This document shows positions 37,830 to 48,695 of a DNA stretch of 56,826 nucleotides, piece after piece. The notes under the pieces were generated by a model, which ran no database searches, had not been told where the DNA came from, and saw only the letters and a program-made list of their open reading frames with translations. This DNA comes from Prorocentrum cordatum (taxonomy: Eukaryota). The stretch lies in NCBI GenBank assembly GCA_963575745.1, contig CAUYUJ010000063.1:62001-118826 (forward strand). The letters run 5' to 3'. Every line of letters begins with the position of its first letter. The stretch's first letter is position 1. Both the position numbers and the translations under genes were made by a program.

Positions 37830-37992
37830 GTCGTATGTGAGAATCTCACATGCGACAAATCTGTCGTATGTTAGAATCTCACATACGACATCTCGCTCTT
37901 ATAGATATCTTAAGGATTATATTAACACATCCGTCGCATGTGAGACTCTCGCATACGACAACGGCGTCGCATGTTGGATTCTGACATACGAC
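37830..37992. promoter_or_regulatory. Array of four 27-bp palindromes in two pairs around an AT-rich spacer
   Basis: Consensus gtcgYatgtKagaNtctcacatacgac at 37830, 37863, 37933, 37966; spacers 6, 43 and 6 nt. Confidence 0.85.
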
Positions 37993-38217
37993 AACCCCCA
38001 CCCCAAAGCGCCATGTCGCGGGGGGGAGATGCAGCGCGCGGTCTAGAATCATCTCGGCGCCTATACGGCCGCGCTGGTGCAGCGCGCGGCGCCTATGGCG
38101 CCGCTCTCGCGGGGGCGCCCGCTCGGGCGCATCAGCGGCGAACCGCCGCCTGCGCCCAGATAGTGGGAGGAGGAACACGTTGCATTTCAAGTTCTTGGCC
38201 CTCCTCCGCCCCCCTCG

Positions 38218-38268
38218 TCACTGATAAAAATCGAGGGGTGAGGAGGGATGGGGATGCCCAAGAGAACT

Positions 38269-38304
<36 letters not shown>

Positions 38305-39555
38305 TCCCTCCTCCCAGATGCGCCAGTGGACGCTCTTGCCCCACTCGATGTAGTCGGCCTTGCCGCGGCCCGACATCAGGTCGTCAAGCCCGCTCTGCTG
38401 CTCCTTGGCAGCAGGGGCCTTCGCCAACCTGATGTGTCGGCCGCCGCGCGCCTTTTCGCCGATGTGGCCCTTGCTGCCCTTGCCGTCGTCGTAGGTGGTG
38501 CCCTTGCCGCCGTCGTGGCCTGTGTCGCCATCGTCGTAGCTCGGATCGCCGCCGTCGTAGCCCTTGCCACCGTCGCAACCAGCGCCACCGTCGTCGTAGC
38601 CCTTGCGATCAAAGTAGTCGTCGCCATTGTTGTCGTAGCCCGACCTGTCGCAGCCCTGGCTCGAGCCCTTGTCGTAGCCCGACCTGTCGCCCCAGCGCTT
38701 GAAGTAGCCGCTGTTGTCGTAGCCTGACCTGCCGTAGCCCCACGTGTCGTAGTCCCTGCTCGAGCACGCGCTGCCGCTGCGGTCGTACCGCGCGTTGTCG
38801 TAGCCACCGTCGTAGCCCTTGCGTGAGCTGCCACTGCGGTCGTGCCACTTGTTGCCGCGGTACGGGCCGTAGCTTCGGTCGTAGCCCTTGTCGCCCTTGC
38901 CACCGTCGTAGCCTTTGCCGCCCTTGCCACCGTCGTAGCCTTCGTCGCGGCCCTTGCCACTGTCGTGGCCTTTGTCACGGCCCTTGTCGCTGTCGTAGCC
39001 TTTGTCGCTGCCCTTGCTACCGCCGCAGCCATTGCCGCCCTCGTAGCCCTTGCCACCGTCGCAACCAGTGCCACCGTCGTCGTAGCCCTTGCGATCGAAG
39101 TAGCCCTGGCGATCGCTGTAGCCCTTGCCACCGCCATAGTCGCTCTGACGACTGGCGTAGTAGCCATTGTCTTCGTCGCAGTATCCTTTGGCGTCGTAGT
39201 AGCCCTGAGGGCTGTCGTCGTAGCCCTTGCCACCGTCGTAGTAGTCCTGGCCATCACCGCCATCGTCGTCGTCCTGGCCCATGAACTCCTCCACACCCTT
39301 GAACGCGTTCAAGTCGGGATCCAGCGCTGGCGCCATGCCCATGGGCGCGAGCAAGTCGTCGGCCACGCGCGAACGATAGGCGTTGTTCAGGACCCTCGCC
39401 GACGGCGGCGCCGCTGGCGACTGCGGCGTCTTCGGCCGCGGCGCCCATTTGCTGCTGGGCAGCAGAGCAGGGCGGCCGCGCTGAAGCCGCCGCTTGTTGA
39501 TGTCCTCCGCCGCCTGCAGCAACAGCGACACGGCCGCGTCGTCATCGTCCGCCAT
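38218..39555 (-). CDS. Gly/Tyr/Asp/Lys-rich (GKGYDG-repeat) low-complexity protein A
   Basis: Open frame from MADDDDAAVSLLLQAAEDINKRR through a long tract of GKGYD-type units to a non-repetitive C-terminus; runs into (AT)n. Confidence 0.55.
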
Positions 39556-40449
39556 CGCGCTGCTGCGATGGTGCTGCTGGTTACGAATGGTGCTGCTGGT
39601 TGCGCTGGTTGCGCCGGTAGCTGCTGCGCGTGGAGCGCTGCTGCTGGTCGCGCGCTGCCGCGACCCAAGCAATGCTCGGGTCACAACGGTTGTGGCTACG
39701 GATGAGGATGAGGTCGGGGGGGTATTCACATCATAGCGTAGCATTGCATGTCGCACCATAGCCACATCATGGCGCGCGGCGCTGAGGTCGCTGTGAGGTT
39801 GCCTGGGACTGAGTTAATTGCGAGGCTGTCTCGAGCGAGCGCAGACGACGATGGCTGCGCAGGCTATATCTCATTTTAGTGTTCACGTCCACAAGTCTAT
39901 TCTGAAACAACGCATGCCTGTAGCAAACTACTGCATGCACCCATAAGTGCACATGGCGAAAATAGTCGGCCGCGTCGGCCGCGACGTCGCGAGTCCTGGC
40001 ACTCCCCCCCCCCCCCCCCCATCATTCGAATAGTTTCTGGTTGGGGTTCGGGGTCGGCCCAGGGGGCGCGTTGTTTCCGCTGCTGCATGTTGCGCAAGGC
40101 CCCCTGGAGGACCCCTTTCTTCTCTTGAGGGGGGCGTGGCCGCTCGCGAGCGGCGTCGCGCCCGATGGCTTCGCTGCCCGACGCCGCGGCCGACGAGGCC
40201 GAGGTGTCGCTCCACGGCGCGCAGGCGGCGGCCTTCGCCCGCCTGCGCGAGGACTGCGGGAACGAGAACGGGGGGAGGTGGAGATGGAGTTGGACGAGAA
40301 GGATGAGGGAGGAAGAGGATGACGACGATGGCGACGAGGATGGCGAGGAAGAAGGGGGGGGAGGATGAGGATGAGGAGGGATGCACATGAGGAGGAGGAC
40401 GAGGAGGAGGACGCACATGATGAGGAGGAGTGATCTGTCTTCTATATAG

Positions 40450-41475
40450 GAGCTGGCGTGGGAGCGGCAGCTGACGGGCCGCTACGAGAGGCCGCTGCAG
40501 TGCGTGCAGATGGCCAGTGCGCTGATCAGCAGCAAGGGCAAGGGCAAGGGCAACTGCGACGACGGCAAGGGCTACTACGGCGGCAAGGGCTACTACGACG
40601 ACGATGTCAAGGGCTACTTCGGTGGCAAGGGCATCCACATGGACTACGACGGTGATGGCAAGGGCTACTGCGACGACGTTGGGAAGGGTTACGACGGCAA
40701 GGGCTACGACGGCAGCGGCAAGGGCCGCGACAAAGGCTACGACAGTGACGGCCGCAAGGGCTACTACGGCGCCCGCTATGGCTTGCGGTGCTACTCGAGC
40801 GACGACGACGCCGACAGCGGCAAGGGCCACGACGGTGGCAAGGGCCACGACGGTGGCGCGGGCAGCGACGCAGGCTACGACGGTGGCAAGGGCAGCTCGA
40901 GCAAGGGCTTCGACAAGGGCTACGACGGCAGCAAGGGCAGCGACAGCGGCTGCGACCCGTGCGGCAGCTCGAGCAAGGGCCACAACAAGGGCTACGACGG
41001 CAAGGGCCACGACAAAGGCTACGACGACAGGGCCATCGACGACGATGGCAAGGGCTACTACTACGGTGGCAAGGGCTACTACGACGGTGGCACGGGCTAC
41101 AACGGTGGCAAGGGCAGCACCGACGGTGGCGAGGGCTACGACGGTGGCAAGGGCAGCACCGACAGTGGCAATGGCTACGACGGTGGCAAGGGCAACTGCG
41201 ACGGTGGCACGGGCTACGACGGTGGCAAGGGCGACGACGATGGCGGCGACCTTAAGGGCCCCAGCGACTCCTCGGGCTACGGCGGCGAAGCTGCCAACGA
41301 CACGGACCGCGACGGATGCATGAGCATCGGCAGCAGCACGAGGGCGGATGGTCACACGATCATCACGGGGGACGCCGATGTGCCGAACAGCGGCATGCCT
41401 GACGGCGGCCCTCCGTATCTTGAGCTGAGTTCTGTTACTGCGTCCCCGCCGCCAGCGGTGTCGGGGCCGGAATGA
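40450..41475 (+). pseudogene. GKGYDG-repeat protein B, divergent from A; 5' part disrupted
   Basis: Same ggcaagggctacgac unit on the opposite strand; open 323-aa frame; upstream acidic segment has stops. Confidence 0.5.
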
Positions 41476-41573
41476 GCGTGCGAGGCTAAAACCGAATAAA
41501 GATGGGAGGGGAGGGGAAGGGGAGGTAAGGGAAGGTGAAGAGGGGGTGGGGCTGCATGCATGCTGCTGCTGCC

Positions 41574-43067
41574 CTAAGCGTCCTCGAGATGCGATCCATC
41601 ACCTGGCGGCGAACCGTCGCCTGGCGAACCATCGCCTAGTGGCGGACCATCGCCTGGTGGCGAACCATCGCCTGGTGCGGCTGGCGAGCCATCGCCTTCC
41701 TCCACCATCCCATCCTCCACCATCTCCTCGTCCTGCAGCTCGGTTGCGGTCTGTCTCGCTAGGCGCTCACGAAGGGTCTGGGCCGCGTTGTTGATGTATG
41801 TAGGCGTCCAATCGTCCACCCATTCCTGCATCCGCCTACCGTTGACCACCAGAAATGCAGTCTTGCGACGTTTGTCGCATTTCACACCTTCCACCCCTGC
41901 TGCTGGCGCCGACCGCACACGTTGCGCTTCCTCTTGGATGCGCGACGCCGCTGCTGCGATAGATGCAACTCGTATATACTCAAGCGCCTGTGGCGCACAT
42001 TCGACCCATGCCTTTTTAGTAGCATTCACTTCGAAAAGCAACTTCAAGGTCACTGCATCGCGATGCAAACTCTCGTCACCATGATCGCACTGGGCCGCGG
42101 GCATGTGCACCGAGACAGTGGCTGGTAGGCCACCAGCCCTTGGGGGCGCATGTCTAGAATGTCCACGAAGATTGCACAAGATAGCACGCGATGCATCAAC
42201 ATGTCCCCAAAACTGCCCCACGCAGCCCCACGACCGCCTCAAGACGGCCCCCCAATGGTGCCCCCAAGACGCCACAATGTTTCGAACCGTAGGGAAAGAG
42301 AATGTGTTGGTGTTCTCGCCGTTTCCCTTCCGATACTCATCCGAAGTCTCAAGACCCCGCGACGACCCAACAGAGCGCCACGAGGGGCCCGATTTTTATA
42401 CATATAAATGTGTTAAATATCCACAAGACAGAACGCCGAAGGGCGCTCCAAGAGTGGCCCAAGAGCGGCCCATGGGGGGAGGTGAATTAAGGTACCCCTC
42501 CTCGTCCTCCTCCTCCTCCGCTGCCCTCCTGCTCCTGCCCCCCCCCCCCCCCTCCCTTTCGTCATCCTCGCCTTCCTCTTCCTCATCCTCCGTTGTCCTC
42601 CTCGCCATCCTTCAATTTCTTTTCCTCCTCCTGTCTCCGCCCCGCCCCTCCTCCTCATCATCGCATTTCTCCTCCTCTTCCTCGCCGTTCCTCCTTCTCT
42701 GGTGGGAATGCGCGAAGCGTCTACAATAGCGACGCATCCAGAGTACCTCGAGTGTTCTCAATGGCACTGGCTCTGTCACAATCTTGCTGAAGCAAGGGGT
42801 CGTTCTGCAGCAAGCGATTCCAAATGGCCCCGTCGCAGGCGGCGCTGCGCATCCTCTTGGTCTGATCGAAGAACGGGTTTGTCGCCGACGGCGCGTTGCT
42901 CTTGTTGGGGCTGGGGGCAGAGGTGAACTTCTGAAGCTGGCGATCGGCCCTCGACAGCTCCACGACGAGGGCCCCTGCCGTATGCATCGCAGCCCTCGGG
43001 GCCCATGGCTCGCGATCCTTAAGGCCACCCCGTCTATGGCCGCGCGGAGCTGCACGCTCGCTGCCAT
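41574..43067 (-). pseudogene. Element-borne protein with AP2-like motif, split by a repeat insertion (~42150-42715)
   Basis: VELSRADRQLQKF...NPFFDQTKRMRSAACD then KAWVECAPQALEYIR...VEGVKCDKRRKTAFLVV (cf. AP2 GV.WDK...W). Confidence 0.45.
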
Positions 43068-43262
43068 CTGCAGCCGTAGCGCGTGCGAAGCCGCAGCGTG
43101 CACTCGCTCGGGCACGACGCAATGAACAATTGCAGACGAGGCCAAGGCGTGGACACAATGATGCAACAATTGCAGACGAACGATAACGACTATGCTTACA
43201 TACATTTCATGAACACCCCCTCACCATATGTTATGTGTAACCGATGCTGCAGAACGCAAGTC

Positions 43263-45675
43263 TCAGCGCCTCCTAGCCTTCTTTGCCGCGGGCGCAGCAG
43301 GCACATCGTCTACCTTGCGCTCCGGCATGAGCGATGTCATCTGGGCGCTATGGACATCGCCCTTATTGATGGCGCACTTGTTCGTCAAAACTGGCACAGA
43401 CACTGATGGGGCAGCTGTAGACTTGATGTTATTGACATTCATGTTGGGGGTGCCGTGCTCACCTGAATCCTGCGCGAGCCAGAAGGGGATGACGAGCGAA
43501 GTCGGTGCCTGCTTCAGCCCCCCAACGCCAGTGTTCGTCTCAGCCTTAGGCATCTTGATGCCACCACTGGGGGCCAACGCGATATTGAACGTCAATCCCT
43601 CGGGGTCTTTGTGCGTCTTTATGAACGCATTCCCGCCCTGAGCTATACCAGTTTGCTTCTTCATGAAGATAGTCGACGTGAGTGGGGCAAGCACCAGCTC
43701 TTCAGCCTCAAACGAACGCGTTGCGGTGAGAGCACGAAGCTTAACAGGCGTAATCACGCCACTCAAGTACTTCAGACAGTCACTGTTCTGGTTGTATACG
43801 TCGTCCAAGGCCAGCCTGATTTTGGCCCCCTCGATACTCCACTGGTAATCGACCGACTTGAGGGGGCCATGCTCAACAAACGTGTCGATAGTTTCTTATC
43901 GGATGGGAGAGCAGCGACGAAAAACGCTGAGACATGAAGACGGGTGGTAAGCTGAATGAGATGGGGGAGCGACGAAAGAGAATTCAAATGCATGGTGATG
44001 TATATGCATTTCAAATGCATTGCGACGAGATCGCAAGACTGTCCTTCATAATCGTGTACACGACGAACTTGCCACGTAGGAAGTCGTCGACGGGGTGGGA
44101 TACCGCATTGCCAGTGGCCTGAAGCTTCAACTTCACGCCAGTCGCGGCGTCGATGGAGATCAGCTCGTAGATGTTCTCACCCGAGTTGTCGCTCGCCAAG
44201 GCGACTTTGGCGCCAACCTCAAACCCCTTGTCACTGAGCTTGTCCACTTGGTTCGACCACTTGCCTGAAGCGGTGTGCACTTTCACATCTGAGCTGCGCC
44301 CCTGCCCTGTCACGGCTTTGGGCGCGCTCTCGGTCTGTTTCCATGGGCTAGCAACTGATTTGCCAACGTGCGTTGCCAACGCAGAGGTGAAGCTGACCCC
44401 GGTGTCATTCAGCGTCTTGCAAGTGCCTAAGCGCTCATCGGGCTTGTTGGACACGAAGTGAACTACGCGAACGTCAGTCAATCCCACGATGGTGCCGTAG
44501 GCGACCGTGTCTGCCTTGATGCCTTGACCGTTTGCGATCTGTCACGCCTTCTGAAGAAACTCATCGGCCATCACTACAATCGTAGACTTCTTATCGCTCG
44601 ACAAGGCGGTCACGTCGCCTGGCTTCAAAAGCATCTGATGACCATCCCTCGCGAGCTCACCCGTCGCGCATGTCATCGCCTTCGCGCGTGCGAGCTTGAA
44701 TGTTACAGCGGCCCCCCCTTGCTTGATCTGCGCGTCGGCGAGAGACTTCGCCATGGAACCCGCGACCGCGCACTGGGAGGTCAGCTGCCGCGAGAAGTCG
44801 CGAAGCTCGTTCAGGAAGATCGGGTTGGCGAGGCCGCCAGACAACTCGTTCACGTATTTTACTAAGCTACCGATCTCCCCGGGCAAGAGAGAGCCTGCGC
44901 GAGTCGTCTCGCGGATGACGCTGTCCCAGTCGATGGCGCCGCTTGCATGGTGGCGGTTCGCAATGGCTGCGATCTTGTACATCAGACTCATGCGACTCTC
45001 GCACCTCGCAATCTGCTGACCAGCATTGCCAGCTTCTTGCGCAAGGTTGCTAATCCATGGGAGCTGCTTGACAAACTCAGATCGAAACACCTTCCATTCG
45101 ATGCCCTCGTCGCAAGCCTTTGCGTAATCGGGCTGCACTCCCCGCAATCTCGTCAATGAAAATTTGCCTTGATGCGAAATTTTGTCAAATCGCTCTGGCA
45201 TTACCGAAGGCACTGTAACTTCTGCGTTGAAGCAACGCAAACCCATGCTAGTGTGCCCACAAGTATAGCTTGCGAACTTGGCATCGCAATCATCGCGCGG
45301 CAACTTGCCTGCAGAATCCTGCATTATTTTGAAATTGAACGTCTTGATCTTCTCATACTCAGGCGTACCAACTGGTGGAAGTTACATGCAAGCTGGATTC
45401 TGGAGGGCCGACGTTTTGAATCCATTCCTGAAGATCTTCGAGACCAAATCCAAAACCTCGTCGGGGATAATACCATCCCCATACAGATTCTCCATGCTCA
45501 CAAACATATATTTCGAGTGTATCTTCTCCACCCTGAGGCAATCGATGCTCCTGGCGATCCCGCATACATCTTCAAATAATGAGACCACCGCTGCATCTGG
45601 ATGCAAATTCGATTGCTTGATTGCCACCATCTTACCACTGACATCCGCTATCTGCTGTTCACGGGAGGCGTTCAT
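43263..45675 (-). pseudogene. Large protein: N-terminal ParB/Srx-like domain, C-terminal SET-like domain, basic NLS-like tail; frameshifted
   Basis: MFVSMENLYGDGIIPDEVLDLVSKIFRNGF ... ASYTCGHTSMGLR (ParB-like helix/GF and GH..R boxes); LTATRSFEAEELVLAP ... PNM ... VPVLTNKCAINKGDV (SET-like); ends KKARRR; tandem SL relics 45717-45750. Confidence 0.55.
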
Positions 45676-46096
45676 TACGCCGTGTGCAGGAGGACGCCAC
45701 AAGCGCCAGCAGCAATCCTAGCCCAAACGGCTTGAGCCCAAACTCTACTGACATTCAAAAAACGTGCAACAGAGGGTTGCACATTCGAAATGAGATGTCG
45801 CATTTGCCATGCGCAACATTATTGCAACGCTCGAGACAATATCCTGACTGCGTTCACACGCAAGTCTAAATCATGATTTCCGATCTGTATCACAACAAAA
45901 TCCAAACACATGCGTGCGTTTCTGGGGGCAACATCCAAGGACAACCCGATGCAGCAGCTCTGTTTGCAAGTAAGCATGTAAAAGTTAGCGAATTTAGTAA
46001 CTTTGCGAATTCGGGCGATCTACCTCCAACTGCACCGACCGAGTTAGCCGAGTTAGTAACGTTACTAACGGCTATAACCTACTTGTAACATACTTA

Positions 46097-46532
46097 CTCC
46101 GAGTACCTCAATAGTTCTGGGGTGCGCAATAGTCCGGGGGCGGCCCCTGTAGTCTGGGGGTTGGGCCCCTGTAGTCCGGGGTGGGTTTTTTGGGGGCCCT
46201 TGTAGTCCGGGGGGGGGCCCTTGTAGTCCGGGGGGGGGGCCCTTGAAGTCCGGGGGGGGGTCCCTGTAGCCCGGGGGGGGGGGGGAGGGGCGGTGTGATC
46301 TTCGCGGGGCGACGTCCCGCTCGACGACCGCCTTGCTTCCGGGTCATTGTAGTCCGGGGGTGGGTTCCTGTAGTCCGGGGGGGGTGCCCTTGTAGTCCGG
46401 GGGGGGGTCCTGGTAGTCCGGGGGGGGGTCCCTGTAGTCCGGGGGGGGGGCCCTTGTAGTCCGGGGGAGGGGCCCTTGAAAGCCGGGGGGCCCCTGTAGT
46501 CCGGGGGACCAGAACTATTGAGGTACTCAGAG
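46097..46532. mobile_element. Tc1/mariner-type MITE with TA TSD inserted in the right TIR of the 17-kb element
   Basis: ta|ctccgagtacctcaatagttctgg ... ccagaactattgaggtactcagag|ta (23/24 TIR match); interior of ~21-bp tgtagtccggggggg units. Confidence 0.9.
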
Positions 46533-46604
46533 TACAACCCAGTTACAACCTACTTGCAACTGCAGCTAACTATTAGTAAGGCCGAGGGTTTTCAGGCAGG
46601 ACTC

Positions 46605-48440
46605 CGTGGGGGGCTCTTCCCGGGCCTGGGCCGCAGCCATTGAGAATGTTCATCACGAAGCTTCAACCGCGCGACGGGGCTCGAGCGTCCCGCCGCCGCC
46701 CTGGTCGGGCGCACGACAATGTGGCGCCACACCGAAACGTCCTAACCATTTACCAGGGCCCAGACGCGCAGCGTGTGGCCGAGATGGGAGGAAAGCGCCC
46801 GCAGGCACGTCACGTCACCGAAGTCCCCGGGCGTCAGCACCTTAGCCGCCCGAGCCTTGATGTGGATATCGCTAAGCCCGTGCAGGCCGCCTTGCTTGCA
46901 CAATTCGGCCGCAGTCCAAGCCCGCAGCTGCGCCTGCAGAGGGCCGCGAACGGCCAGCAGTTTGGGGTCCACGTCCTTCTTGCCACCTAAGTGGTTGAGC
47001 GCGTGGGCGAGAGACGTGTATATACAATCCCCCTCCCCCCCGCATTCGACCGCGTCGAAAAAGTCGGACGAGGGGGGGGAACCAGCCGGGGCCCTCTGGG
47101 AAGCCTCAGGGGCCTTCGGGGCCCCCGAGAGAGCAGGACCGTCGGTCGTCTTAGTAGGGGGAGCCTTCTCGGCCAAGACGCCTCAGCGAGCAGGCGCGGA
47201 GGCTTCGACGGGCTTCCGGCGCTGCTTGGAGACTTCAGCGGGGGTCACGGCGATGCCGGAAGAAAACCCCCCCCCTCGCCAAGCCGCGGTCTCGCCGGAA
47301 AGCGGCCAGGCCCGGAAAGTCGCATCCGTTTTGCCGCGCTTGGAAACGGAGGGGACATCGGTGGCACCTCGCTCGGAAACCCACTTGGTGATGTCGTCGA
47401 GAGTCCAAGACGCCGGAACGCATGAAACGTACCACCGAGGTGCGACCAAGGTACCGGAGGAGGCAGAATCAGGGGGAGGACCCAGGATCCCGAGATTCGA
47501 GTGACCTCCCAGGCGGTAGACCGGGGTGCCGCCCGCGTCCTTGGCAGCCGCCGCCGCGGCGTCGAAGTATTCTATCGGCCCTTGGGGTTCAGAGGCCAAC
47601 CGGGGTTTACGAGAGACCCAACTAAGGATCCGGCTTTCAGACTTGTCCCGGGGGGGGGGGGACACGAACACCCCCAGAGGCAGGGGAGCCGCAAGAAGCG
47701 CGCTGAGGCCAGACCGCTTGATGGACAGGAGGGTGGTAGTCTCGTCGGAGTTCCGCTGCACGGAGGCTGTCTTAATGACCGCGCCGCGGGCCTCGGCCGA
47801 AAGCGTGGCCGACGCTAGGACAGAGGGGGAGGCCGAAACCTTGGTCCAGAGGGCCCCCTCGGCAAACTCACGGGCAACCGTGAGGCGGACCATGGCGAGG
47901 GCCTCGGTAGACGGGGACGCTGTGTCGTCATTCGCCTTAGGCTGAGCAACCGAGCACGTGGGGGCCTCGGCCCCACTCGAAGAAGCGACGGGCACCACTG
48001 TGGCCTGGGCCACCACGGGGCCAAACCGACCGCGGATAAGAACCTTAGCCGCACCCTCACGATGCAGGCGAACGAAAGTGGTACTGGCCTTGCGGGGGCC
48101 CGCATGCAACCAACTCTGAGCATTCTTGAGCTCATCAGCCGTACAGGCATGAACGACGAGTGGGACATCGGGGTGAACGCCGGCCACGCGGGAGGCGGGA
48201 AACACCGTCGCGCCGCTCCACGCGGGCTCCCACAAGATCGACCGGGGGGGCTCTTGGGGTGGAGGAGGGGACGAAGTCTGGCCTGTCGAGCTCTTGAACA
48301 GATCCGCCCACACGTTGGGACGATCGCGGCGCCCCGGAACCTTCTCAGGGCGTTGCGCAGCACCGGAGGGCGGAGCAGCCTTGGCCTTCGGCGACGCCGA
48401 GGCGTTCGGGGGAGCGGCGGCCTCGGGCCGATATTATGAA
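46605..48440 (-). pseudogene. Non-LTR retrotransposon-like ORF with RRM-like and OTU-like protease domains
   Basis: WYVSCVPASWTLDDITKWVSERG (RRM-like); VECGGEGDCIYTSLAHAL (OTU Cys box) and LKLRDEHSQWL (His box) read through in-frame stops at 47183 and 46742. Confidence 0.65.
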
Positions 48441-48695
48441 GCTCCCTTCTGGTGCCGCAGATGCATTTAGTTGCAGGGCGCGGTCTTCGTGAGGGGCGTG
48501 CTCTCTGGGGATGGAATCACGTGGGTCTCCATGTGGGACGCGATGCCTGTGAAGGGTGTGCCAGCATGGTCTTGGGGACCCAAGCTTGTCTGATGGGCCG
48601 CAGGTGGACCCCCCTGAGGTGCACGATCCTTGTGACAATCAATGTCCTCCGATGCCGAACAATTTAGACTACAACTGGGGCTCGCTGGAACCTAA

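Larger units (their letters stand above)
29581..46604. mobile_element. ~17-kb multigene TIR DNA transposon (CMC/Plavaka-like transposase)
   Basis: Left end gagtcccacctgaaggccctgggtagttagtaacagttagc vs reverse-complemented right end gagtcctgcctgaaaaccctcggccttactaatagttagc; flanks cgtga (29576-80) / cgtgg (46605-09); encodes a transposase; interrupts a LINE-like ORF. Confidence 0.8.

Noticed and set aside
29581..46604. Polinton/Maverick or endogenous virus
   Set aside because: Size fits, but no pPolB, retroviral-like integrase, packaging ATPase or capsid motifs were seen and the TSD is not 6 bp.
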